From Escherichia phage EC128, in sequence record ON210139.1: a DNA stretch of 64,000 nt. One strand, written 5' to 3'. Both the position numbers and the translations under genes were made by a program. The notes under the pieces are model-generated. The model was not told the DNA's origin and did not search any database. It saw only the letters and a program-made list of their open reading frames with translations. Numbering within the stretch: position 1 is the first letter of the stretch; every line of letters begins with the position of its first letter. Below, in pieces: positions 29,683-40,074 of the stretch.

Positions 29683-31101
29683 ATGACTTTTACAGTTGAT
29701 ATAACTCCTAAAACACCTACTGGAGTTATAGATCAGACTCAGCAGTTTACTGCTACACCCAGTGGTCAAACTGGAGATGGACCTATTACATATGCTTGGA
29801 CTGTAGATGATGTTCCACAAGATGGAGCTGAAGCAACTTTTAGTTATGTATTAAAAGGACCTGCCGGTCAAAAGACTATTAAAGTAGTTGCAACAAATAC
29901 AGTTCCAGAAGCTGAAGCTGAAACAGCAGAAGCTACTACAACTATCACAGTTCAAAATAAGACACAAACGACCACCTTAGCTGTAACTCCTAATAGCCCT
30001 GACGCTGGAGTAATCGGAACAGCTATTGAATTTACTGCCGCTTTAGCTTCGCAGCCACCAGGTGCATCTGCTACGTATCAATGGCACGTTGACGGTTCTC
30101 CTGTGGGCGAAGCAACTTCTGCTACATTCAATTACACTCCTACCACAAGCGGAGTTAAAACAATTAAGTGTGTGGCTCAAGTAACCGCGACAGATTATGA
30201 TGCAAAAGAAGTTACTTCTAATGAAGTGTCACTGACTGTTAATAAAAAGACACAGACAACTACCTTGGCAGTAACTCCCGATAGTCCTTCAGCTGGAGTA
30301 ATCGGAACAGCTGTTGAATTTACCGCTACTTTAGTTTCTCAACCTGATGGAGCATCTGCTACGTATCAGTGGTATGTAGATGATTCACAAGTTGGTGGAG
30401 AAACTAACTCTACATTTAGCTATACTCCAACTACAAGTGGAGTAAAAAGAATTAAATGCGTAGCCCAAGTAACTGCAGAAAATTACAATGAAAAGGAAGT
30501 TACTTCTAATGAAGTATCATTAACGGTTAATAAGAAGACAATGAATCCACAGGTTACATTGACTCCTCCTTCTATTAACGTTCAGCAAGATGCTTCGGCT
30601 ACATTCACGGCTAATGTTACTGATGCTCCAGAAGAAGCGCAAATTGCGTATTCATGGAAGAAAGATTCTTCTCCAGTAGAAGGGTCAACTAATGTATACA
30701 CTGTTGATACATCATCTATTGGAAGTCAAACTATTGAAGTTACTGCAACTGTTACTGCTACTGATTATGATAGCAAAACTATCACAGCAGAAGGTCAAGT
30801 TCAGGTAACTGATAAAGTTGCTCCAGAACCAGAAGGTGAATTACCTTATGTTCATCCTCTTCCACATCGCACTTCAGCTTATATCTGGTGCGGTTGGTGG
30901 GTTATGGATGAAATCCAAAAAATGACTGAAGAAGGTAAAGACTGGAAAACTGACGACCCAGATAGTAAGTACTACTTGCATCGTTACACTCTTCAGAAGA
31001 TGATGAAAGACTATCCAGAAGTTGATGTTCAAGAATCGCGTAATGGATACATCATTCATAAAACTGCTTTAGAAACTGGTATTATCTATACCTATCCATA
31101 A
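29683..31101 (+). CDS. hoc: Hoc outer capsid decoration protein with four tandem Ig-like domains, 472 aa
   Basis: Repeated Ig-like modules (KTQTTTLAVTP...VSLTVNKK twice); about 96 aa longer than the 376 aa I recall for T4 Hoc. Confidence 0.88.
   Translation: MTFTVDITPKTPTGVIDQTQQFTATPSGQTGDGPITYAWTVDDVPQDGAEATFSYVLKGPAGQKTIKVVATNTVPEAEAETAEATTTITVQNKTQTTTLAVTPNSPDAGVIGTAIEFTAALASQPPGASATYQWHVDGSPVGEATSATFNYTPTTSGVKTIKCVAQVTATDYDAKEVTSNEVSLTVNKKTQTTTLAVTPDSPSAGVIGTAVEFTATLVSQPDGASATYQWYVDDSQVGGETNSTFSYTPTTSGVKRIKCVAQVTAENYNEKEVTSNEVSLTVNKKTMNPQVTLTPPSINVQQDASATFTANVTDAPEEAQIAYSWKKDSSPVEGSTNVYTVDTSSIGSQTIEVTATVTATDYDSKTITAEGQVQVTDKVAPEPEGELPYVHPLPHRTSAYIWCGWWVMDEIQKMTEEGKDWKTDDPDSKYYLHRYTLQKMMKDYPEVDVQESRNGYIIHKTALETGIIYTYP
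29959..30534 (+). repeat. tandem direct repeat, 2 x 288 bp, encoding two near-identical Ig-like domains inside hoc
   Basis: Residues 93-188 and 189-284 of Hoc align without gaps with many identical positions; nucleotide copies are diverged. Confidence 0.8.
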
Positions 31102-31106
31102 TCATA

Positions 31107-31133
31107 AGGGGCTTCGGCCCCCTTTCTTCATTT
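31107..31133 (+). terminator. rho-independent terminator after hoc
   Basis: Stem GGGGC-TTCG-GCCCC followed by CTTTCTTCATTTT. Confidence 0.8.
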
Positions 31134-31191
31134 TGAAAGCACACAAAACACACTCAGAAAATGATGTATATAATGGCACCAACTCGATAAC

Positions 31192-31407
31192 ATGAGATTG
31201 ATTATGAGAACTGAGGTTGTGGTGTTTACTCTCCATGAGTCTGGAAAGTCATTCATTGAAATTGCTCGTGAATTGAACTTACAGGCAAAAGAGGTGGCTG
31301 TATTATGGGCTCGAGCTATGACTGCTAAGAATAAATTTGAAACTCGAGAAAAAGTTGTCTATAGAAAAAGACATATCAATAAAAAGGTGAAAAATGGAAC
31401 AGTATGA
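31192..31407 (+). CDS. hypothetical small protein with helix-turn-helix-like segment, 71 aa
   Basis: Segment SFIEIARELNLQAKEVAVLWARA resembles an HTH; ATG start. Confidence 0.5.
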   Translation: MRLIMRTEVVVFTLHESGKSFIEIARELNLQAKEVAVLWARAMTAKNKFETREKVVYRKRHINKKVKNGTV

Positions 31408-31672
31408 TCTTTATGAAAATGAATCTTTTGCTAATCAATTACGCGAAAAAGCATTCAAAAGTAAACAGTTTAAGCTAGAGTGTTTTATTAAAGATTTTTC
31501 GGAACTTGCTAATAAAGCAGCTGAACAAGGTAAAACACATTTTAATTATTATTGTACTGCTCGCGATAAATTGATTACTGAAGAAATTGGTGATTGGCTG
31601 AGAAAAGAAGGATTCAGCTTTAAAGTTAATAGTGATCAGCGTGATGGTGATTGGTTAGAAATTACATTTTGA
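31394..31672 (+). CDS. hypothetical protein, 92 aa
   Basis: ATG with SD AAGGTGA. Confidence 0.6.
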   Translation: MEQYDLYENESFANQLREKAFKSKQFKLECFIKDFSELANKAAEQGKTHFNYYCTARDKLITEEIGDWLRKEGFSFKVNSDQRDGDWLEITF

Positions 31673-31681
31673 GGATTAATT

Positions 31682-32686
31682 ATGTTTAAAAAGTATAGCA
31701 GTCTTGAAAATCATTACAACTCTAAATTTATTGAAAAACTTTACAGCTTGGGATTGACTGGCGGCGAATGGGTAGCTCGTGAAAAGATTCACGGCACAAA
31801 TTTCTCGTTGATTATTGAGCGTGATAAAGTGACTTGCGCTAAACGTACTGGTCCTATTCTTCCTGCTGAAGATTTCTTTGGGTATGAAATTATTCTAAAG
31901 AATTACGCTGATTCCATTAAAGCAGTGCAAGATATTATGGAAACTTCAGCGGTTGTATCTTATCAAGTCTTTGGCGAATTCGCTGGACCTGGCATTCAGA
32001 AGAATGTCGATTATGGCGATAAAGATTTTTATGTATTTGACATTATTGTCACTACAGAAAGTGGTGATGTGACTTATGTCGACGATTATATGATGGAATC
32101 ATTCTGCAATACATTTAAATTTAAAATGGCTCCACTTTTAGGTCGCGGTAAATTTGAAGAGCTTATTAAATTGCCAAATGATTTAGATTCTGTCGTTCAA
32201 GATTATAATTTTACAGTAGACCATGCTGGATTAGTTGATGCAAATAAATGCGTTTGGAATGCTGAAGCAAAAGGCGAAGTATTTACTGCTGAAGGATATG
32301 TATTGAAACCTTGTTATCCTTCTTGGATGCCTAATGGCAATCGTGTAGCTATTAAATGCAAGAACTCTAAATTTAGTGAAAAGAAAAAGTCTGATAAGCC
32401 TATTAAAGCTAAAGTTGAGCTGTCAGAAGCTGATAATAAATTGCTGGGAATTTTAGCTTGCTACGTTACACTGAACCGAGTAAATAACGTTATTTCTAAA
32501 ATTGGCGAAATTGGTCCTAAAGATTTTGGAAAGGTGATGGGGCTAACTGTTCAAGATATTTTGGAAGAAACTTCTCGTGAAGGTATTACTCTAACTCAAG
32601 CAGATAATCCTTCTTTGATTAAAAAGGAATTAGTTAAAATGGTACAAGATGTACTTCGTCCAGCTTGGATTGAGTTGGTGAGCTAA
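31682..32686 (+). CDS. rnlB: RNA ligase 2, 334 aa
   Basis: Nucleotidyltransferase motif KIHGTN and overall match to T4 Rnl2; SD GAGGA. Confidence 0.95.
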   Translation: MFKKYSSLENHYNSKFIEKLYSLGLTGGEWVAREKIHGTNFSLIIERDKVTCAKRTGPILPAEDFFGYEIILKNYADSIKAVQDIMETSAVVSYQVFGEFAGPGIQKNVDYGDKDFYVFDIIVTTESGDVTYVDDYMMESFCNTFKFKMAPLLGRGKFEELIKLPNDLDSVVQDYNFTVDHAGLVDANKCVWNAEAKGEVFTAEGYVLKPCYPSWMPNGNRVAIKCKNSKFSEKKKSDKPIKAKVELSEADNKLLGILACYVTLNRVNNVISKIGEIGPKDFGKVMGLTVQDILEETSREGITLTQADNPSLIKKELVKMVQDVLRPAWIELVS

Positions 32687-32692
32687 ATAAAA

Positions 32693-32710
32693 AGGGACCT
32701 TTCGGTCCCT
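32693..32710. terminator. bidirectional terminator between rnlB and gene 24
   Basis: Stem AGGGACC-TTTC-GGTCCCT with T-runs on both strands. Confidence 0.75.
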
Positions 32711-32715
32711 TTGCT

Positions 32716-33999
32716 TTATTCATCAATAATAATTTTTGGTAATTTAACACCTAATAAAACAGACAAATCTGAACGACCCGCCATTTTATCCATGTCTCCA
32801 CCGTCAATTATTCTTGCTTCTTTTTCATCTTTTGCTACGGTGTAAGGATTTGCAGATAAAGCATATCTAACTAATAAACCGATAGACGGTTGTAAGCTTT
32901 CTGGATCAACCACAACTTTAAATGCACCTACATGTTCAGGGTCATCTAAGTCGAGACCTTCTGTATACGGAGCATAGAAAATTGATCCAACAATTTCTTT
33001 TTCACCGATATTTTCTACTACGCCAACGATTACATAATCTAATGGGCTGTTAGTATCGCAATAAAGCGGTAAACCATTAGCTAAGAACCCATAGGCATTT
33101 TGTGAAAGATATTTATCATCTTCTGGTTTATGTTTTAACCAACCTGATGCAGCAAGAATCGCAGCGGAACGAGCTGAAGCAACACAGAACGTTGCAGTAT
33201 AAGTTGATTCTTTTTGGATATGCGAAACCATTTCACACACCATTCGGTATAATGAACGACCAGCTTCAGGTGCAGATGCATAACTCAAATCAATGAATCC
33301 AGTATCAGTAATTCCTGTGACTTTATAGCGTTTTGATACTGTAATCAAAGACTGTAGAATATCTTTATTGATTTCATCCGCCATTTCAGTTGCAAGCAAA
33401 TCTTCCAAGAAATTAGGAGCATCGAATCCATTTGCTTCTAAATCTTGTGCTAATTCAACCGTAATGCCAGTTTTAAGTTTACGAGATTTAACAGCGGTTT
33501 GCCATTTATTAATCTGGAATCTAGCATCCGCAATTTCGCTATCAGAGCTTTCAAATTTGCTTGTTGATGCTGCATCAGAAAATAGACGAACCTTTAAAAG
33601 AACAATTGCAATCTGAAGAGCTAGTTCTAAATCGCTTTCTTCAATGGTAGCAAATGGTGTATCTTCTAATACTTTATAAACGATATTATTATATTTGAAT
33701 AAATCGCCTTTATTGAGAGTTAATTTAGACTCTTCTGTTAATTCTGTGATTTGTTCTCGGTCTACGTATCCAGCTTCGCCAGCGTAAGTAGCACCAGTTT
33801 TAAATGTAAATTCGTTGTCTGGGTTAAGGTATTTGATACCATAAAAAGCAGCAACAGGTTGATTAGTTCTTTGCGTTGCTACAATGTCAGAATATATTAA
33901 TTTAGTGGTAGCGCGAGTCAAAGCAACGAGATTTGGGCGACCGATTGAGTTGCTATTCGTTGTGGTTGATTCGCGCAGAAGTTCGTTGATTTTAGCCAT
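32716..33999 (-). CDS. 24: head vertex protein gp24, 427 aa
   Basis: Length and position as T4 gp24; shares the capsid fold region with gp23. Confidence 0.93.
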   Translation of the reverse strand: MAKINELLRESTTTNSNSIGRPNLVALTRATTKLIYSDIVATQRTNQPVAAFYGIKYLNPDNEFTFKTGATYAGEAGYVDREQITELTEESKLTLNKGDLFKYNNIVYKVLEDTPFATIEESDLELALQIAIVLLKVRLFSDAASTSKFESSDSEIADARFQINKWQTAVKSRKLKTGITVELAQDLEANGFDAPNFLEDLLATEMADEINKDILQSLITVSKRYKVTGITDTGFIDLSYASAPEAGRSLYRMVCEMVSHIQKESTYTATFCVASARSAAILAASGWLKHKPEDDKYLSQNAYGFLANGLPLYCDTNSPLDYVIVGVVENIGEKEIVGSIFYAPYTEGLDLDDPEHVGAFKVVVDPESLQPSIGLLVRYALSANPYTVAKDEKEARIIDGGDMDKMAGRSDLSVLLGVKLPKIIIDE

Positions 34000-34026
34000 T
34001 GCGCTTTCCTTTTGGTTTATATGATT

Positions 34027-34034
34027 TATTTATA
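34027..34034 (-). promoter_or_regulatory. candidate late promoter for gene 24
   Basis: TATAAATA on minus strand 28 nt upstream of gene 24 ATG. Confidence 0.5.
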
Positions 34035-34049
34035 CCATAAAAACAACTA

Positions 34050-34069
34050 AAGGGACCCGAAGGTCCCTT
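34050..34069 (-). terminator. terminator hairpin after gene 23
   Basis: Stem AGGGACC-CGAA-GGTCCCT just downstream of gene 23 stop. Confidence 0.65.
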
Positions 34070-34082
34070 AAATCGTCAAAGA

Positions 34083-35648
34083 TTAGATACCTTTAACATA
34101 TACACGGCGGAAGTAAGCGTTTTTACCAAGGCTATTCAGAATAGAAGGCATACCACTCTGAATGCGAGAAGCCGGAGCCTGAGCAGCGGATTCTGCAAAT
34201 GGGTTGATACCGATACCGTAACGAGTTTTGAATCCCATTACTGGTTGGAAGTTCTTCGGATCGGAACCACGCAGCGGAGTCAGAGCTACATATGGAGCAT
34301 AGTAAATACCAGCATCCATTTCGTTCGGACCTTTATAACCTACAGTGAAATAATCCTGTTTAGCATACTGGTCGATATATACACGGTATTTACCACCCAG
34401 AACACCAGCAAATACTGACTTGGTAGTATCAGTGTTAAAGCCAGTAGCCAGACCCTGTGCAGCATAAGAAATGCCAGTATCAACTGAAGCCAGAACGTTA
34501 ACTACGTTACGGGAAGCGATAATGAAGTTACCTTCACCACGACCGGTCTGACGAGCAATTTCAACTGCTTCTTTGTCAATCTGGAACAACAGAGCTTTAA
34601 AGGATTCACCCGCCCAGCGAGCACCACGAATATCAATCGGATCCTGGAAGTCAAATACGCCAGCTTTAGAACCCGGAGTCAGGGTCATACCAGATTTACC
34701 AACCTGAGCTGAGTAGTTAATCCAATCAACAACTTCGCGGTTGATTTCCAGCATGATTTCGGTAGCCAGAATACCAGACAGTTCAGCATCAGCATCCATA
34801 CCGTGAACAGCGCGGAGGTCTTGTGCTAATTCGATAGAGTAAGCAGCTTTCAGCTGACGAGATTTAGCTTCGATAACTTGTTTATCGATACGGAAGCCCA
34901 TTTCATTCCACGGGTTATCGGTAGAACCATTGAAACCTTCCTGGAGTTCAGCGATAGAAGTAGCCATACCTTCAGCGATTTCTACCAGTACACCAGCTTC
35001 CATTTGTTTCTTAATTTCAGCATCCAGTTTAGTTGCATCGTTAGCACTAGCATCGATTGTTACTACAGCGGAAGCTTGCAGATACACAGTACCAGTTTCC
35101 TGGAAGAAGTGAGTATAGATGTCACCTACAACAGTTTCTGTGCTAGCAGCCAGAGCTGGGAATTTCTTAGCAGCACCCTGACCAGAGAACATTGCATCTG
35201 GACCATACATTGGGTGGAATGCTTCTTTAGCACCGGAAGCGATTGGGTCTTTACCATATACTGCACGCAGTGCGAATACCTGGCCAGTCGGGCTGTTCAT
35301 CGGCTGAACACCACAAATATCGAAAGCAATCAGGTTAGGAATAGCACGACGTACCATACCCATAACAGCTGGGCCAATCTGAGTTACTGCGCCAGAAGTC
35401 TGACCAGCAGCAATGTTAGTAGCGTTGTAACCGTGATCACCACCGATTTCAGCTTCTGTTAAGAAAGAACCGAACGCCTGAGCAATTTTTTCGTCTTTGT
35501 ACTCTGGAGCTGTCTGGAAATCTTTTTCCTGGTTTTCAAAGATTTTAGCGATAATCGCTTGTTTGCTATTAGCAATTTCCGGTAAACCTTCACCTTCCAG
35601 TAATGGTTTCCATTTGTTCAAAAGTTCAGCTTTAGTTTTGATAGTCAT
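34083..35648 (-). CDS. 23: major capsid protein gp23, 521 aa
   Basis: Length and sequence match T4 gp23. Confidence 0.97.
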   Translation of the reverse strand: MTIKTKAELLNKWKPLLEGEGLPEIANSKQAIIAKIFENQEKDFQTAPEYKDEKIAQAFGSFLTEAEIGGDHGYNATNIAAGQTSGAVTQIGPAVMGMVRRAIPNLIAFDICGVQPMNSPTGQVFALRAVYGKDPIASGAKEAFHPMYGPDAMFSGQGAAKKFPALAASTETVVGDIYTHFFQETGTVYLQASAVVTIDASANDATKLDAEIKKQMEAGVLVEIAEGMATSIAELQEGFNGSTDNPWNEMGFRIDKQVIEAKSRQLKAAYSIELAQDLRAVHGMDADAELSGILATEIMLEINREVVDWINYSAQVGKSGMTLTPGSKAGVFDFQDPIDIRGARWAGESFKALLFQIDKEAVEIARQTGRGEGNFIIASRNVVNVLASVDTGISYAAQGLATGFNTDTTKSVFAGVLGGKYRVYIDQYAKQDYFTVGYKGPNEMDAGIYYAPYVALTPLRGSDPKNFQPVMGFKTRYGIGINPFAESAAQAPASRIQSGMPSILNSLGKNAYFRRVYVKGI

Positions 35649-35666
35649 TTGTGTTAACCTTTAAAA

Positions 35667-36476
35667 TTAGAAACGAGATGCGACTTTCGCATATACACTT
35701 ACAATATCTTCTGCACCAGGTGCAGCTTTATCTTCTACAGCTTCAGTGACGAAATTCAGTCCGGCTGCTTCAGTATCAGGAGTATTTATACTCTCAGTAA
35801 TAGTGCTTTCATCTTTATTAGATTTCTTCACCATTTCTACGATTGCACTCAATTTACTTGAGAATGCATCTGAATAATCCATACCTTCGACCAGAGCAGA
35901 GACTTTTTCTTTTTGAGACTCAGTCAGATCTTTAGTACTTTCGCTCAATGCCACTTCACGCTGCACATAATTGATATATGCGTCACGCTTATTGAGTTCT
36001 TCGAACAGACGAGCTGATTCTTCTTTATGTTCTTGCAGCTCTTCTTCCATTTCAGCTACAATATCAACTGATTCTTCTGGAACAACAACGTTGTGTTCAA
36101 CAAAGAGCTCTTTTAATCCACCAAGCATGGATTCAAACAGTTCGGCTTTGATGCCTTTATCAACTGCTAATTTATTTTCAGCGAGCCATTCTTTTGCAAG
36201 ATGGTCAATGAATTTAGAAGCTTGCTCAGCGATTTTCTTCTCAGCTTTTTCTTCGGCTTCTTCTTTATTTTTTTCTACTTCTTCTTCTGCTTTTTCAGCA
36301 ATTTTAGCGATATGAGATTCAGCTAATTTAACGGCGTGCTGCTTGACGGTAGCTTCGAATACAGTGCCGAAAGTTTCTTTTGCTTCCGGAGAAATATTAA
36401 CTGATTCGAAAATACTATCAAGAGCAACGGAAGCATCAATTTTCTGCGCTTCGGCAATCAGTTGTTCTTTAAGCAT
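35667..36476 (-). CDS. 22: prohead core scaffold protein gp22, 269 aa
   Basis: Highly charged helical scaffold protein; length and position as T4 gp22. Confidence 0.9.
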   Translation of the reverse strand: MLKEQLIAEAQKIDASVALDSIFESVNISPEAKETFGTVFEATVKQHAVKLAESHIAKIAEKAEEEVEKNKEEAEEKAEKKIAEQASKFIDHLAKEWLAENKLAVDKGIKAELFESMLGGLKELFVEHNVVVPEESVDIVAEMEEELQEHKEESARLFEELNKRDAYINYVQREVALSESTKDLTESQKEKVSALVEGMDYSDAFSSKLSAIVEMVKKSNKDESTITESINTPDTEAAGLNFVTEAVEDKAAPGAEDIVSVYAKVASRF

Positions 36477-36503
36477 TTTGTAGTCCTGTTGTTTAGATAA
36501 TAA

Positions 36504-36511
36504 TATTTATA
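36504..36511 (-). promoter_or_regulatory. candidate late promoter for gene 22
   Basis: TATAAATA on minus strand 28 nt upstream of gene 22 ATG. Confidence 0.5.
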
Positions 36512-37145
36512 ACGCTTTTTTCATGGCCTCTGCGAGAGCCATATAGGCGTCATCGGCACTTGTATCGGCTTCCGCCGTCTGTGATTCGGTAATTTCCTTA
36601 GGAGTTACCCATGCATCTGGAGCACTTGGACCCCATACTGCATCAACACCTACAGTTAATTTGAATCCTTCGTTTACGATACGATAACCTTTATTTGTGT
36701 CAGTCAATGAACCTAATCCACGAGAAGAAACTCCTGGAATCCATCCGGCACGAATATTAGCTGCTAATTTATCTCCAGGACCATGGTCACCTTCAATAAC
36801 ACGAGCTCGTCCGTATACGTCATTTCCTTTCCACCACATATCTTCTATAATGATAGCGGCTTGCATCGGGTCAACATTAGCGCGTGGAGGATGATTTAAT
36901 TCTCCGAGAGCTTGTTTAGTTAAAACTTGCTCATTAATATAGTCTTTTACCGCTTTTTCTAATATACGTTTTGGATAAAGACGTTTATTTCTATTGACGA
37001 CTTCCGCTTGCATGAATATTCCTTCGATGTATAAACCCGGTTTTAAACCTAAGTCTTTTCCATCATGAGATTCAAGCATTGGTACGCCATCAATAATTTC
37101 GCCAGGTTGACCCCAAGTTTCAATTAGTAATTGGGGTTCATTCAT
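36507..37145 (-). CDS. 21: prohead protease gp21, 212 aa
   Basis: Length and position as T4 gp21. Confidence 0.93.
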   Translation of the reverse strand: MNEPQLLIETWGQPGEIIDGVPMLESHDGKDLGLKPGLYIEGIFMQAEVVNRNKRLYPKRILEKAVKDYINEQVLTKQALGELNHPPRANVDPMQAAIIIEDMWWKGNDVYGRARVIEGDHGPGDKLAANIRAGWIPGVSSRGLGSLTDTNKGYRIVNEGFKLTVGVDAVWGPSAPDAWVTPKEITESQTAEADTSADDAYMALAEAMKKAL

Positions 37146-37570
37146 TAGCTTAATCCTAATGCTTTACGGCGTTTAAGAGCTTTTTTACGCTTACGCTGAG
37201 CACGAGATTGACCTGCTGGATTGGCAATCTTCGTTTTGGTAGCTTTACGAGCAATTTGTCTACGTTTTGCTTTAGACAACCCGGTAGTTTGAAATGCATT
37301 ACGTTCGCGGGTTTTGCGATCTTTAGTGCGAGTAATTTCACCACGGGCAGAAACATGTTTAACGATAAATTCATTTAACGGCATATTTTCATTAATAGAA
37401 GCTAATGCAACCGCTAAATCAGTTTCATCATCAAGCATATTCTCGACAATTGTATTTATATCGTCTTTATTTAAAGCGGAAGACAATTCGTCAAAGCGAC
37501 CCTGTGCTTCAGGAATAAGTGCTTCGACATTCTCGAGAACTAATTCATGAGTTTCAGGGATCAGAAGCAT
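37145..37570 (-). CDS. 68: prohead core protein gp68, 141 aa
   Basis: Length and position as T4 gp68; basic C-terminus. Confidence 0.85.
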
Positions 37571-37808
37571 TATTCATCATCCTCGTCTTCGTCAGAGTCT
37601 TTGTCTTTTTTGTCGTCTTTATCATCACTATCTTCGTCTTCGTCATCATCCTCGTCATCAGGTTCTTCACCTTCGATTAAGAAATTACGAGCGATAGCGA
37701 TTTTTTCTTCTTTAATTAAATCAGTCGTTCTTGCAGCCATGGCTTCAGCAAATAATTTACGAGCGGCTACGAGGTCGTTTGATTTAATAGCTTCAATTAA
37801 ACCTTCCA

Positions 37809-37809
<1 letters not shown>
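37570..37809 (-). CDS. 67: prohead core protein gp67 with poly-acidic C-terminal tail, 79 aa
   Basis: C-terminal D/E-rich tract; position between 20 and 68. Confidence 0.85.
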
Positions 37810-39434
<1,625 letters not shown>

Positions 39435-39466
39435 TTAAGCAGGATGGGGATTTCTCCCCATTCATT

Positions 39467-39958
39467 TTATTCCCAATAATCGAGAGCGAGAGTTACTTCA
39501 AAGGTTTGGATTTCATTGTTTGAATCCCAATCTAATTGAAGTTCACCCACGTTGGTAGGCCACAAGCCTTTAATTTCGACTTCTTTTGTTACAGTTTTAG
39601 CGTCACGAGCATATTGGCGAACAACAGCGCTCTTTTTATACTCTGCTGGTTTTCCACCAGTAATTTCGTTCCCTTGCCCAGCAGCAATGCTTTGCCAATC
39701 AACAAACTTCTGGCGAGCATCATGTGCCTCATCGTTCATTACTGTAACAGTCCAGTCATCGAATGTACGATCGCCTGCTACGTTAATTTTACGGTTCATA
39801 AATCCGACTGGAATTTTTTCTACAATACCAGCTGGTAAAGCAGTGGCTTTACATTGAAACGTAAAATTTTGTCCAAGATAAGAAATTTCTACTTGGAATA
39901 AGTTAGGTCGCGCAAAATCACCCGATTCAAACGCGCGTGTTACATCATCTACAAACAT
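39467..39958 (-). CDS. 19: tail tube protein gp19, 163 aa
   Basis: Length and position as T4 gp19. Confidence 0.95.
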   Translation of the reverse strand: MFVDDVTRAFESGDFARPNLFQVEISYLGQNFTFQCKATALPAGIVEKIPVGFMNRKINVAGDRTFDDWTVTVMNDEAHDARQKFVDWQSIAAGQGNEITGGKPAEYKKSAVVRQYARDAKTVTKEVEIKGLWPTNVGELQLDWDSNNEIQTFEVTLALDYWE

Positions 39959-39972
39959 ATTAGCCTCTGTAG

Positions 39973-39980
39973 TATTTATA
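39973..39980 (-). promoter_or_regulatory. candidate late promoter for gene 19 (a second TATAAATA lies at 40032-40039)
   Basis: TATAAATA on minus strand 16 nt upstream of gene 19 ATG. Confidence 0.5.
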
Positions 39981-40074
39981 TCCCTATGTTTAACCTAGGG
40001 CATATAGAATTAAAGAATTAAGGATATAGTGTATTTATATGGCCTGCCGAAACAGGCCTTTAGAATGCACCGTA

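Noticed and set aside
34878-35462. 194-aa plus-strand ORF, and a 60-aa ORF at 34930-35112
   Set aside because: Both lie antisense inside the major capsid gene 23; low-complexity composition and no start signals.
35971-36315. 114-aa Ser-rich plus-strand ORF
   Set aside because: Antisense to the charged, repetitive gene 22; composition artefact.
40041-40058. Hairpin GGCCTGCCGAAACAGGCC as terminator for gene 18
   Set aside because: No T-run follows on the minus strand; it may be a processing or stability element, so not listed as a terminator.
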